From assembly GCA_003427395.1 (NCBI GenBank), contig BFEA01000012.1:1330641-1394640 (forward strand): a DNA stretch of 64,000 bases. Direction: 5' to 3'. This DNA comes from Chara braunii. Taxonomy: Eukaryota > Plantae > Charophyceae. The position numbers were made by a program, and so were the translations under genes. This document shows positions 36,701 through 48,955 of this stretch, one piece after another; position 1 is the first letter of the stretch; each line of letters opens with the position of its first letter. Below the pieces are notes generated by a model. The model saw nothing but the letters and a program-made list of their open reading frames with translations. It had not been told where the DNA came from and ran no database searches.

Positions 36701-37997
36701 CACTTGTTCGACAATCCAAACATCAGAGGCTCGGAGGGAAAAATGTTTACTGCTAGAGCAGGTGCAGGAAACTTCGGGTACAGATGGGTGCAAAGGGGGA
36801 TAGCTACCATAAGAGATTTGTGGGAAGAGGAGGTAAATAGGTGGAGAACAGAAGAACAGATCAAGGAAACGCTGGGGCAGCTTCCTCTACAACAGGAAAG
36901 ACAAAAGGCACTCATCCAAGCAATACCGGAAGACTAGAAGCACCTCATTGGACCGGATGGAATAAATCCCCCGGGCACGTGGTACACAAAGTGTGAAGAC
37001 CAAATGAGGAGGTCTTACCAGATCCAGTCATGGGAGGAACACCCACCGGGGAAATGCGTGTTGGAGGTATTTGAAGAGAAGCAGATGAAGGTGAACAGCT
37101 TACAGAGCTTTGGAACGATTGAGAGAATGGGGGTGAACGACATGGTAGAGTGTAGAGTTCGTAACAGCGGGGGAGAAAGCAACAATCTCTCACTGGTAGC
37201 AAATGGTACGGAGGTGCGAAGTCTGCGAATCAATCCAGAGGGTTGGGGGTGGGAAGTTGAAGGGAAGATAGTAACAGGAATCCAGAATTTAGACTATAGA
37301 GTAGCTACTAGAGTAACACATAGACTGCAGAGGATGTCAACTAGGCTATCTGCTAAGTGGGAGAAACATAGATGTATATTGGAAGCCCCAGAACAGGAAG
37401 AGTACGATCAACTGTGGGAACAGCTACAACTGATACCTTCACAAAAGTGGGCGTCATTACTGTGGCTACAAGCGCACTCGGCAACACCAACAGCAATGTG
37501 GCTGAAAGAAAGGGATATGAAAGATATCCCCACAAAGTGTGACTTCTGCGGGTGGTTCTACGAAAACGAAAGACATCTGTGGTGGGCGTGCCCAAGATCT
37601 CATAAGTGGTGGAGATGGTGACTTTTTCACTGGAAGGAGATCACTGGAAGAAACAATCCCATGGGAGAGCGTTGGGCTCTGTCAGGCTTTCTGCCTCAAG
37701 ATCTCTCAACGAAACAGGGGTGGGGATATGTTGCTCAAGTAGCTAGGGCCTGTTTTATGAGCGTGATCTGGAAAGATAGGAATGGAAGGAGATTTTCGGG
37801 AGAAATCATGTCAGATCAACAGGCAGAGATATTATTCAAACACCGCCTGACAGAGGAAATAAAAGCGGATTGGACCAGGAGAGCAAATAGGGGGGAAAGG
37901 TACCAGGGGAAGTGAATGGTTTAGAAGGACTTGGCTCAGAATACGCGGATAGTTGACATCTCTCACGAGAACAGATTGGTTTGGGGTCAATGGATAA
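33778..37997 (+). pseudogene. LINE ORF2 (APE endonuclease - reverse transcriptase - Cys motif), disrupted
   Basis: SWNVQGL, FIQETK, VYAPN, RLDYFL, SDHKPV; NWRPISLLN, LDLEKTYDRV, RQGCP, LADDL; CDFCGWFYENERHLWWACP. Confidence 0.93.
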
Positions 37998-38746
37998 GGG
38001 AGTATGACGGGATGCATCGACGCTACCAACCCTCTAGTTGAGGGTCCTGGAAGGTAGAACAGTAGGAATAGTAGGGGAGGGAAGCTATAGTAATATCAGG
38101 GGAGAGAAGCTACCAACCAGGTCCACTGGGTTGGATTTAACTCAGCCGCAGTAGGCAAATTAGGGGTGGTGGGTGGTAGAGTGGCATGATACTGAGGAAC
38201 AGTAAGTGTTCCAACGGACCGAAAGGTCGGTACCGGGCCGCCTGTAGGCCTGTGCGGTAGGTTAAGTAGGGCAAAGTACGGTTGATTGGAGATATAAGGA
38301 AGTAATACAGTAGGTGCTCATTTGAAAGCGGTATGATTAATCGGATGGACTCGTAAGCGAAACTGGCTAAAGCTGCCAGAGTGACACCGGTTGAATTGTG
38401 GGTCCCCGGCCCGACATCCTTTTTTTTTCGTAATGAAGTGCTAAATCCTTCAAAAAAAAAAAAAAAAAAAAGTACATGGCGGCTGTCGAAGGCCGTCCCT
38501 GGTCGGCCGCCGTCCAGGCTGCGCCCCCTCGCCCCGCGTGGTATAAGTGTATCTCGGCTTATATCCCGCCGTGCATGTATGCATCCGGACGCAATTCTGT
38601 CCAAAGTAAGTAAAAACACGCGTTTGATATCCGATGGAAGATCTGGCAGCAACGAATACAGACCCGAGTTCGATCTGCAATCGAAGCAAATGAGTGAAAT
38701 ACTATACTACAATTCTGAATTTTACCTACGAATAGGGCCGGTTCGT

Positions 38747-39525
38747 NNNNNNNNNNNNNNNNNNNNNNNNNNNNNNNNNNNNNNNNNNNNNNNNNNNNNN
38801 NNNNNNNNNNNNNNNNNNNNNNNNNNNNNNNNNNNNNNNNNNNNNNNNNNNNNNNNNNNNNNNNNNNNNNNNNNNNNNNNNNNNNNNNNNNNNNNNNNNN
38901 NNNNNNNNNNNNNNNNNNNNNNNNNNNNNNNNNNNNNNNNNNNNNNNNNNNNNNNNNNNNNNNNNNNNNNNNNNNNNNNNNNNNNNNNNNNNNNNNNNNN
39001 NNNNNNNNNNNNNNNNNNNNNNNNNNNNNNNNNNNNNNNNNNNNNNNNNNNNNNNNNNNNNNNNNNNNNNNNNNNNNNNNNNNNNNNNNNNNNNNNNNNN
39101 NNNNNNNNNNNNNNNNNNNNNNNNNNNNNNNNNNNNNNNNNNNNNNNNNNNNNNNNNNNNNNNNNNNNNNNNNNNNNNNNNNNNNNNNNNNNNNNNNNNN
39201 NNNNNNNNNNNNNNNNNNNNNNNNNNNNNNNNNNNNNNNNNNNNNNNNNNNNNNNNNNNNNNNNNNNNNNNNNNNNNNNNNNNNNNNNNNNNNNNNNNNN
39301 NNNNNNNNNNNNNNNNNNNNNNNNNNNNNNNNNNNNNNNNNNNNNNNNNNNNNNNNNNNNNNNNNNNNNNNNNNNNNNNNNNNNNNNNNNNNNNNNNNNN
39401 NNNNNNNNNNNNNNNNNNNNNNNNNNNNNNNNNNNNNNNNNNNNNNNNNNNNNNNNNNNNNNNNNNNNNNNNNNNNNNNNNNNNNNNNNNNNNNNNNNNN
39501 NNNNNNNNNNNNNNNNNNNNNNNNN

Positions 39526-39601
<76 letters not shown>
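38747..39601. repeat. Assembly gap followed by (GA)n
   Basis: Directly visible. Confidence 0.95.
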
Positions 39602-39608
<7 letters not shown>

Positions 39609-40295
39609 GAGAGGCGAGCGTCTTTGAGAATGTAAGGGGGAGAGAAGAGTGAGTGCGTGGAGGAGGAAGTGGCGGAGGAGGTGCAGTGGGACGTAACTCG
39701 TAAAAACAGTGAGTGTTTGGATGATTTAAAATTTTCCTATTTTGGCCGATAACTCGCAAAAAATGCATGGCAAGACCCGTGGGCAACAAATTCAATGCAT
39801 CTTTGCGCTTTGGGCAATGACGTAGTCCGTGAGGGCTGACCGAGAGGCGTCTATTGCTGGTCGACAAGTAGAACAAATTGAATGCCTTCATCATCTGAGG
39901 GGAATGTGGGGCAAGTGCTCAAAGAGATGAAAACAGTCGAACTGTGAACACAAGCGATTAACGAAACCTGAACCTGAACAAACATTTATATATTTTGAGA
40001 AATGGGTAAACGAAGCTGGATGTTTGAAACTGTGTAGTCATCGTTGAGCGTGATTCCAATTTAGCAAACCACGCTGATCTCTGGTATTCGATCCGCGTAA
40101 TCAACAGTCAGAAATGAGTGATAGCTGTGACGTGCCTCGGTAAGATGTCTCGGAATTCATCTTTATCTATTGAGATCGTCATTAATTGCTTCAATTTACG
40201 GTCACCTGTTACAGGCCTCTTTTCCTAGATTGTCTTAAACGCTGATGCCATTCGATCTTAAACTACATGAGTCTCCGGTGAGTTTTTAGTGAATC

Positions 40296-40900
40296 AATGG
40301 CCGCACTCTTAAAAGTAATCCAATTCCGCTATGTATGGCCCATCGCACCTCCTCCTCTTCCCCTTCTTTCTCCTCTACTTCGCCTCTTCCTCCTCTTCCT
40401 CCTCTCCCTCCTTTCCCTCCTCTCCCTCCTCTCCCTCCTTTCCCTCCTCTTCTCCCTCCTCTCCTTCCGTCAGAATTTGGTAGTTTAATGGCCATACTCT
40501 TAAGCTAATCCAATTTCACCGCGTATGGCCCATCGCAGCTCCTGCTCTCCCTCCTCTCGTTCTCCTCTCGTTCTCCTCTTGTTCTCCTCTCGTCCTCCGC
40601 TTCCTTCTCCTCTTCCTCCTTTCCCTCCTCTCCTTCCTTGCTTCCTACTCTTCGTTCTCTACCTCTTCTTCCTGCTCTCCGCTCCTCGCGGTCGTGCTCC
40701 TTCTCTCCAATGGTCGGCGACGCTGGGTTCTCACACCTTCTGCGTATCCTCTTCATGTTTCCCTCTCTGTGTCTGTGCGGGAGCTCGTTGGATGCGTCTT
40801 TTCCCCCGACCCCCTCCTTCCTCTTGCCTCCAGAGTCCGTCCTGCTCATCCCCCCTTCCTTGCTCTTGTCATTCCTCCCTCTTCCCTGGTCATCTCTGGT
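40296..40900. repeat. Duplicated ~55-bp motif (191-bp spacing), each followed by a CT-rich low-complexity tract
   Basis: AATGGCC..ACTCTTAA..TAATCCAATT...TATGGCCCATCGCA at 40296 and 40487. Confidence 0.8.
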
Positions 40901-41242
40901 CTTTTTGTATTACAACCTTTCTTAGATGGACTCGTCTGGCTTCGCATCTCCCTTGTCTCCGTAATGTTCACACGGTGTGTTATTGAGCTGGATTATTTTT
41001 TGAGCTTGATTTAATCCGAAAAGCCTAGTCTTTGTTTGCACTGGATTATTCTTCGAGCTGGGTTCAAGCCCGAAGTTGCCCGTTCAAGGACGTTAATAGG
41101 GGTAGATTCACACCGTGTTTTTTTATTCAGATTGAATGCGGCTGGGTTGGTGGCGGGGTACATCCAGAAAAGTCTGGACGTGGGTATAGCGTACAAGGTA
41201 GTACTTTAGTCCTGTAGTTTGCGCCAAACAAGTGCAGTCCTA

Positions 41243-41384
41243 CAGTCTTCCCCCGAATACAACGTCCGGTCATTATAGATGAATTTGGGCCGAATACAAC
41301 GTCCGGTCATTATAGATGAATTTGGGGTATCTTTCAGTCTAAATACGGCTATAATGACCGTACGTTGTATTCCGGGGAAGAAGG
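41243..41384. mobile_element. Palindromic TA-MITE with internal 37-bp tandem duplication
   Basis: TA|CAGTCTTCCCCCGAATACAACG...CGTTGTATTCCGGGGAAGAAGG|TA. CCGAATACAACGTCCGGTCATTATAGATGAATTTGGG occurs twice. Confidence 0.8.
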
Positions 41385-42029
41385 TAGGGGGTGCTGGTAG
41401 ACGATCGAACGAGCCGGTATCCGGTCGCCGTATTGGAGGTCTCCATTCCTGCTGAAGCTCTCTCAGCTTTTTCGGGACCTTCTTCTCCTTGTTCTTCTTC
41501 GCACGAATGGGTCGCAACACTCAGAATGTTCTTAAAGCTGTTGTAGTGGAAACTGAAAAAGCGACCGAGTACAGAGAAGATGGCGGTTATGTACAATTTG
41601 TCGAATTTGATAGAAATGCTGTTGTTTGAATCAATAATGGTTTTGCCGATTGGTACGGGAATTTTTTTAAGGCTGTGCGAGACATGAACTACGAAAAAAA
41701 CGCTGTTTGAAAATAAAAAATAAAATAGTCTCAATCGGATCTTGTGTAATTTAAATGCATTTTTTCAGTCCAGATGCATCGGTAATGACCAGGCGGGCGT
41801 TCTATCCGGGTGAAGACGGTAGTGGCACATCGTGCGGGCCCAATGGCAGTGATGCTGATGCTACTACCCTAATCAGAGAACAGTGCGTCGCCTTCTCTTG
41901 GAGGGCTGTTGTGCGGCAAGGGCGATCGGGCCCGACACATACTCTGAGAGAAAAAAATCCGGGCAATGTTGAAGACGACATTATCCGCACCGCACAGGAC
42001 TTGCCAAGTTTCTCCGTCATTTGATGGCC

Positions 42030-42735
42030 AGTGCGGCAATTAAATCAACAGCACTTGCAATTGCGGTTATGATGGAGAATCGAACCCACATCCCTTGCTT
42101 GGAAACAGCCGATCGATCTGGGCAGTATACTGAATTTGCCCAAAAAAATTACTTCTTTGTTGTTTATCCCTCGTTTTGTGCGGCAATCGAATCAAAAGCA
42201 ATTGCCGATGTGAAGGGGATCGAACCCTTATCTCCTGTTTGGAAGGCAGAAAATTTCGGGCAGTATGCTGCATTTGCCCCCAAAAAAATTACTTCTTTGT
42301 TGTTAATCCCTTGTTTTGTGCAGCAATCGAATCATCAAAAGCAATTGCCGATGTAAAGGGGATTGAACACCCTTATCCCCTGCTTGGAAAGCAGACAAAT
42401 TCGGGCAGTATGCTGCATTTGCCCCAAAAAAATTGCTTCTTTGTTGTTAATCCCTCGTTTTGTGCGGTAATAGAATCAAAAGCAATTGTGGATATAACGG
42501 GAATCGAACCCTTGACCCCTGCTGGGAAGGCAGGCAAATTTGGGCACTTCGCTGCATTGCCCAAATGTTTCTCTTCTTTGTTGTTAATCCCTCGTTTTGT
42601 GCGCCAATCCAATCAAAAGCAATTGTGGATGTAAAGGGAAGTGTAGGGAAGCAGACAAATTTGGGTACTGTACTGCATTTGGCCAAAATGGTCAAATTAT
42701 TAAATGGTAATTCCTTATTTTGCGCGAGGACTCGG
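42030..42735 (-). repeat. Tandem array of five ~141-bp units, each a decayed tRNA-Gly(TCC)-like sequence plus spacer
   Basis: Minus strand of unit 2: TCTGC-CTTCCAA-ACAGG-AGAT-AAGGG-TTCGATC-CCCTT. Unit 4: CCTGC-CTTCCCA-GCAGG-GGTC-AAGGG-TTCGATT-CCCGT. Unit markers at 42063, 42204, 42347, 42488 and 42625. Confidence 0.75.
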
Positions 42736-43064
42736 GGCAATACTGCATTTGTCCACACCAGCTGAGAAGGCGGGCTGTTGGGGGAATCTTAATCTTGTCA
42801 TGGCCAGATAACGACAAAATGCCGGCAACGTTCAATGTATGGACAGATCTGGCCAATCTTGTCACTGTCGATGTGGAGTGCAAACAGTGACCCCATTTTT
42901 AAAACATCTTCCAGAATGGGGTAGGCCCTATCATTATTGTATCCCCTGACTCCTTCAGGATTGGAATTTATGCTCTGTTCACCAATAGGTATGTGTCTAC
43001 CATTCAGCCACATGAGCTGGGTACAGAAACCCGTGTTCGTGAGATGAGCAGGCAAGATGAGGGC

Positions 43065-43243
43065 AATCAATCAGTCAATCAGTCAATCAGTCAATCAATC
43101 AATCAATCAATCAATCACTTCAACCAACCGACCAACCAATCAGTCAATCAATCAATCAACCCAACCAACCAACCAATCAATGAATGAAATGAATGAGTGC
43201 AATCAATGAATGAGATCAATGAAATCAATCAATCAATCAATCA
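43065..43243. repeat. (CAAT)n/(CAAC)n/(GAAT)n compound microsatellite
   Basis: Directly visible. Confidence 0.95.
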
Positions 43244-43262
43244 GTTAATAAATCGGAAACCA

Positions 43263-43969
43263 TGTCGTCAACCAGGGGTATCCGCATTTTTTTCTAAAAG
43301 CAGAACCTTACACACTGATTAGTGAGTTGAAGATAACTTACACCTAAGTCCAGAGATGGAGAGAACATAATTAGTGCAGCTTAAGAAACCTCAATGATCG
43401 ATCATATTATACCAGTTCAGAGTTCCAGTCACTTAGCGCCCGTCAGCGCTACAGCCAGCAGTTTCAATCAGGTATGTAATTGTGTTCATCTCTCATGTCA
43501 CTCTCTCTCTCTCTCCCTCTCTCTCTCACTCTCTCCCTCTCGCACTCTCGCTCTACCTTCTCTACTACGAGGATCATATCCCTGGATACATCCGCCTTCC
43601 TACGAATGCTCTACTATGTCTACCACAGCAGTGGCAATGGCCACCCGTCTCCAAAGCTGACTGGACTGGGCTTCACTTGTCCTCTGCTTGACTTGGTCTG
43701 GCCCTGACTTGACTGGTACCGGTCACCCCTGGCCTGTTTGCAGTTTGGAAATTTGAGGCCCGGTACCTTCCGTATTTTTCTAGGACCGGTGCTGCGTTTT
43801 TTACTCTGGGACTTGACTGGGAGGCCGGGTACCGATTGCAATTTGCCCTTTGCGGCCTCTGGTGTACCCGACACAAACTTTTTCTATTTCGGCCACTTCG
43901 GCCCTTTTTGACTTGGGGACCTTGAGCCTGAGACTTGGATTTGGGGTCTGCAAAGTGAAAGTCCTTTCA
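43263..43969 (-). mobile_element. 3' LTR of the gypsy element
   Basis: Lies just downstream of the chromodomain stop. The minus strand starts TGAAAGG (same boundary as the homolog ending at 63803) and ends ..CGACA. 43350-43482 is homologous to the PBS-adjacent LTR piece at 56289-56418. Confidence 0.65.
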
Positions 43970-46900
43970 CTCTTGCTGGCCTGATTTTGAGGTCCTCCAA
44001 GAAAATTACCAACTTTAGCGATCTACTATATTCACGCCTCTGCGTGCCCGCTCATAATAGGAAACTATGTGCGGGGCAGTTTCCATTAACTCGTCCCTGG
44101 TGAACCAGTGATCTTCTTCAGGCTCTTGGTAAGCAAATCTGACTTTGTACTGTCGCTGGGGCCTCCCTTGTTGTCCAGACCTGTAGACGTCTTCTGCAAT
44201 TATGCGGTCTACGTCATACTTGCTGTCCATGTCTGGAGGTATCATAGATCTTCTTGATGGGAACTTATCGTTAGTCACACAGGGATGCAACTTAAGAGGC
44301 ATGGAAAACTGGATAGGTATGTAGATGCGGAGGTATCTCAACGTTAAAGGAAGGACTATCTACATCACCGATGACATCAAGAATCTGCCACGGTTCCCTA
44401 TATGCAGGTAATAATTTTTGCGATTTATTTTCCTCTGGGAGAAATTCTTTCGACTTGACCCAAACTGAATCACCTGTAGCAAACTGCAAAGGTCTGTGAT
44501 GCTTATTTGCTTGCTCAATCCTTTGATGTTGGACCTTCACTATATTCTCCCTAACTCGTTGTAAGTCATTCTCATATTGTACAGCAAACTCTCTTGTTCT
44601 TGGTGGCAATCTTTGGACTTGGTCAGGGTTCAAACAATCTATAGGCCGTCATGGACTCCATCCCCTATGCAGCTCAGTAGGAGTCCTTGCTGTAGCTAGG
44701 TGCACAAAGTTATTATGGGCAATGGCCAACTTGGGAAGATGCTCATCCTAGCCAATCTGATAGGTCTAATATACATGCGCAGTACTTGCTGGAGCAGTTT
44801 GTTCATCTGCTCGGTCTGACTGTTAGTCTCAGGATGCCTGCCTGACGACACAGTTAGTTTAGACCCATAGACTTCCATTAGCTATTGCCAGTGCTCGCTT
44901 GTAAATTGTGTTTCTGTAACTTACAATAGTCAAGGGATGGCCGTAATCTTTAACCCAATGATTAAGGAACTCTTTAATTACTAGCTCTGTCTTTGACTCT
45001 ACAGGGAGTGGAATGAAAACAGCAAATTTACTGAACCTGTTTGCAATTACCATCACTTGACTTTTTCCATTCTATGGACACGGAGTCTCCGAGACCTGAC
45101 AGAATAGGGAACTCTTTCAACAGTCCAAGGGGAGGCTGTGTGAAACTTTTGTTCCTTTGGCATACCGTGCAGCCTTGAACGTAAGCTATGCGATCATGCT
45201 TCATTCCAGTCCAACTAACGGACTGAAGGAGATTATCATATGTTTGTCTCCACCCAAAATGCCCCTCGGTGTCGTGGCATTCCCCTAGAATCATACTCCC
45301 AACTTCCTCACTGTTCGGGATGCACAGCTTGTCGTGCACGCCAGTCTTCTCAAACAATAATCCCAGGGTTACCCTATTTTCCGGGACTGTGTGTGGTGCT
45401 GTCTGCACCTTATTAAACCACCAGTACTTGACCCAGCTGTCGGCCGCGGAAAAAAATAGAGTAGAAATGTTTCTAGTTGGATTTTTTGGGCGCTCCTGTA
45501 GTGGCCCGTACGTTTCCTAAAATCGCGTAGCGTTAACGGGCACGACTTTAGGAAGTACTGGTGGTCTAATCAACTTACTATATATTGGATCATCAACATA
45601 GGCTGCTCTAATCCTCTTGCAGATCGGTACCAGCATCAAGGTAGGTCACTATGGCACTAAAGAAATCTGCTCCCCTACTCAAAACATGAGCAACGGCGTT
45701 TTATTTGCCTTGGTTTGAATTCAAAGTCAAATTGATCGATTTCACCAGCCCACCTAGTCAATTTCGGTGACATCCGGGCCTGGGTTTCAACCAGCGAAGT
45801 GTCTCATGGTCAGAGTGGACTTTAAAATGCCGTTCTAGGAGATAGTCTCACCAGTGATTGAGTGCTTCTCTAGGAGCGAACAACTCACACGCATACGTCG
45901 AGGCTGCAACTTTCTCACTAGGTAGTCTACAAGACAAACTCTACGGGCCTATACCCCTCACCATCATTCTGTGGAGTACAACACCAATCCCGTATTGGCT
46001 AGCATCAGTTGTAATTGTAAATGGCAATGATGGGTCAGCTACCTTGAGGACTGGATACTCTATCAAGCACTTCTTTAGTCTTTTGAAAGCTGAGGTACAA
46101 TTTTTGTTCCATTTCCAAACTGTATCTTTACTCAACAACCTATGCAACGGTGCAGCGACAGTAGTGAAGTTTCGTACAAACTTTCGATAATAGTTGGCCA
46201 GATTTAGGAACAAACGCAGTTCCGTCAACGTATGTGGGGTTGGGCAATCTCTTATTGCTGCTATTTTTGCGTCTTGAAGTTCCGGTCTATTCCCATCTCC
46301 ATCCAACACATACAACACCTGACGCTTGGCCCATTCACACTTCTTTGGATTCATCTTGAATCTAGCGTCTCGCAACTTTTCTAGAACTAGGCGAAGGTGT
46401 TGTTGATGTTCCTCCAATGTTTTACTAAAAATTAAAATGTCGTCCAAATAGACAACTACAAGTTTGTCTAACCATTCTCTGAAAAGATCATTCATACAAC
46501 ACTGGAATGTTGAAGGGGCATTAGTCAGTCCGAGCAACAAATCGCGTTCTAAAAACCATCTTTCATTGATCCTTGAGCTGTAACTCAATCTGATGGTATT
46601 GACTTCAAATCAATCTTCAAAAAATACTTACGACCTTGCAGCCTGTCTAGCAAATTGTCTATCCTAGGCAGCGGTTTGACATTCTTAATCGTGATCGTGT
46701 TGCGTCCCCTTGGTCAATACACATGTGTAGATTGCCTTCTTTCTTTGGAACGAATAGGACCCGTGCGCCATATGGCGACAAGCTTGGCTTAATCCACCCG
46801 TTCTGTAAAGTCATTGAGCTACATGCACAACTCAGCGAGTTCTTTCAGAGACATGTGGTAGATGGGGCCCTTGGGATCTTACCACCGGGGTCTATCTCAA

Positions 46901-47077
46901 TTCCGTGCTTAATCTCCCGTTCATCCATGCCATCAATGAAATCCTCTAGCAATTTATGCACCTGGTGTGGTGTTGCCCCTTCCTCTTTCTTGCTCTTACT
47001 AACCGGCTTGACGTAAGCTACGAACACTTGGTCAACTAATGCATCCTTGACTACGTGCTTTGCAAATGCAGGGACAC

Positions 47078-48955
47078 TGTGACAGCCAACCTCACGCCCA
47101 ACGCGACTTCCTGATCGGAGTGGGAATGGGCCAAACAAGGATTTTAGGAAAGTGGGGTGAAGTCTTAGGTTGGAACTGGGATCTTCGGTGTCAAGGTTCC
47201 AAGGACAAAGATGCAGAGGGGTTCAGATGAAGAAGGGGGTTTCTCAGTTTGCGGCCTTCATGGTTGGGTACTCAGGATGGCCGGGTCTGGCGCCTAGGAC
47301 ACAATGGGTATCTCGTTGCTCAATACACGGCGCCTGCGGGATTCATAAATCTCAGAGTTTGACGTGGACAGTCGCAGTCGAGGGAGGTGTTCTTGACGCT
47401 TAGCTTCGATAAAAGCCTGCCAGGCGGTAGGGGTAACGTTGTGGTCGAAAAGAGACGTCGAATTCCATGCCACAAATTCACACTAATGTTGCCGTTCCTA
47501 TCCATGCAGAAGTATACCTGCAGCTCGGACGGGGATAAGTTATGTGAGCGTGTGTATACGTGACGGGGCATTTTATTGGCTGGTCGTAACGTATACGAGG
47601 GCTCGCATAAGATCCGTTCACCAGACAACTCCAGGCGACGAACTTCATTATTTCCCATTGATTCTAGCGGACTACTGTTAGGCATGCGTCTACGTTCCCC
47701 AATCATTCCATCTTCCGATATGAACAAGAAGTATGCATATAAAATTGAGACGATCAAGCCGTAGTCATCATACAGAACATCATCCAAAAAATGAAAGAGA
47801 TATGAGAGATACTTCGAAGAAAGGAAAGGATCTATACAATCATGTAGCAGTCCGCAACTACAAAAACGAAAACGACGGAAGTCGAAAACAAAAATTTTGA
47901 GTGGGCCAAGAGAGAAGTCCCCACACACCCTAGCACCCCATGCGCTCTCAGTGCTTCACCATCCTCCTTATTCGGATGCAAGTGGTGCGTCGCCTTGCAC
48001 CTACCAACAACTTAGAGCTGTCACCCTGCGTAGTCCGAGTATGCACGTTGAGTTCGCCCGTGATCCACAGTCCGTCATGGCCGCACGCCAACATCGCACA
48101 CTCGCCACCAGCTCGTTGAATCGTCCAACTTCGAACTCACCTTCTCGTATGCTCCTACTCGTTAGCCAATCCTCTTGACCGTGCTAACCTTCCCAAGTTT
48201 AGATTAGAAAGCGATTTAGTCGCGCTTGCGAAATTTATAGCAATTAGCATTTGCGCAGGATAGCCGAGATTACACTGAGGCAGGGGGAAAGAGAAAGAAA
48301 GGAGGTGCCTACAATCGACATGTTTAGGCCCTATGCGGGGGATGTGGCCATGCACCACTCTGACCAATGAGACAAAGGGGAAGAGGCCGCATGTTTCGAT
48401 GCGAAGAAAAGTCGAGAGGGAGAAGATTACAGTTACACCTGCACTCGCCAAGAAAGGAACAAGAGGAAATTACAACTGAGATTAGAATTAAGGCGCAGCG
48501 GGAGTAGAGTGCAAGACAGAGCGCAAGTAAACGTGCGCGACTAAGAAGCATCATGCAGTTACAAAAAAGAAATACAATGTCCCCAAAATCCTAGTCTAAT
48601 TAGAGTCCTAATTCCAAGTGCCCGCGCGGTCTTCCACATTCTTTCCAAAGCGTCAAAAAATTCAAAAAGATTTCCCTGCGCGAATACCGCGTCAAAGTTT
48701 CCTGCCCGAATTTCCTAAAATGCTCGAATTTCCCGAAAGAAAAAGAAAAAGTTGCGTCAACCGTTATTCTTGCGCTCGCTAAGGTGCGTCATGACTACCA
48801 ACCGCGGTAGGACCAAGCTCTTGCGAAACAGAGAAAAAAGAAAGAAAAAGGAATGGGCGTGCTTATGCAATTTGATTAGGCCCATCCGACCCCCCCTTTC
48901 CCCCCAAATTGCAATTGTGCAGAAAGTCGCACATATCAGAAGATAGATCGTCACA
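47078..48955. mobile_element. Nested ~1.9-kb LTR-like insertion splitting pol between PR and RT
   Basis: TGTGAC...GTCACA inverted termini. Host pol reading resumes on both sides (NSLSLCC / VPAFAKHV). No clean 5-bp TSD. Confidence 0.6.

Larger units (their letters stand above)
31225..38471 (+). mobile_element. Near full-length L1/Tx1-type LINE (family A): 5' UTR, ORF1, ORF2, 3' UTR, poly(A)
   Basis: Two-ORF layout. Poly(A) at 38452-38471. Several stops and frameshifts, so inactive. No clean TSD, and the 5' limit is approximate. Confidence 0.93.

Noticed and set aside
42030-42735. CRISPR-like or functional tRNA gene array
   Set aside because: The whole unit repeats with no unique spacers and no cas genes. 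Acceptor and D arms are broken, so the units are not called functional tRNAs.
47320-47928. 202-aa minus-strand ORF inside the nested insertion
   Set aside because: Non-ATG start, compositionally biased, no domain. Likely a chance ORF in LTR-like DNA.
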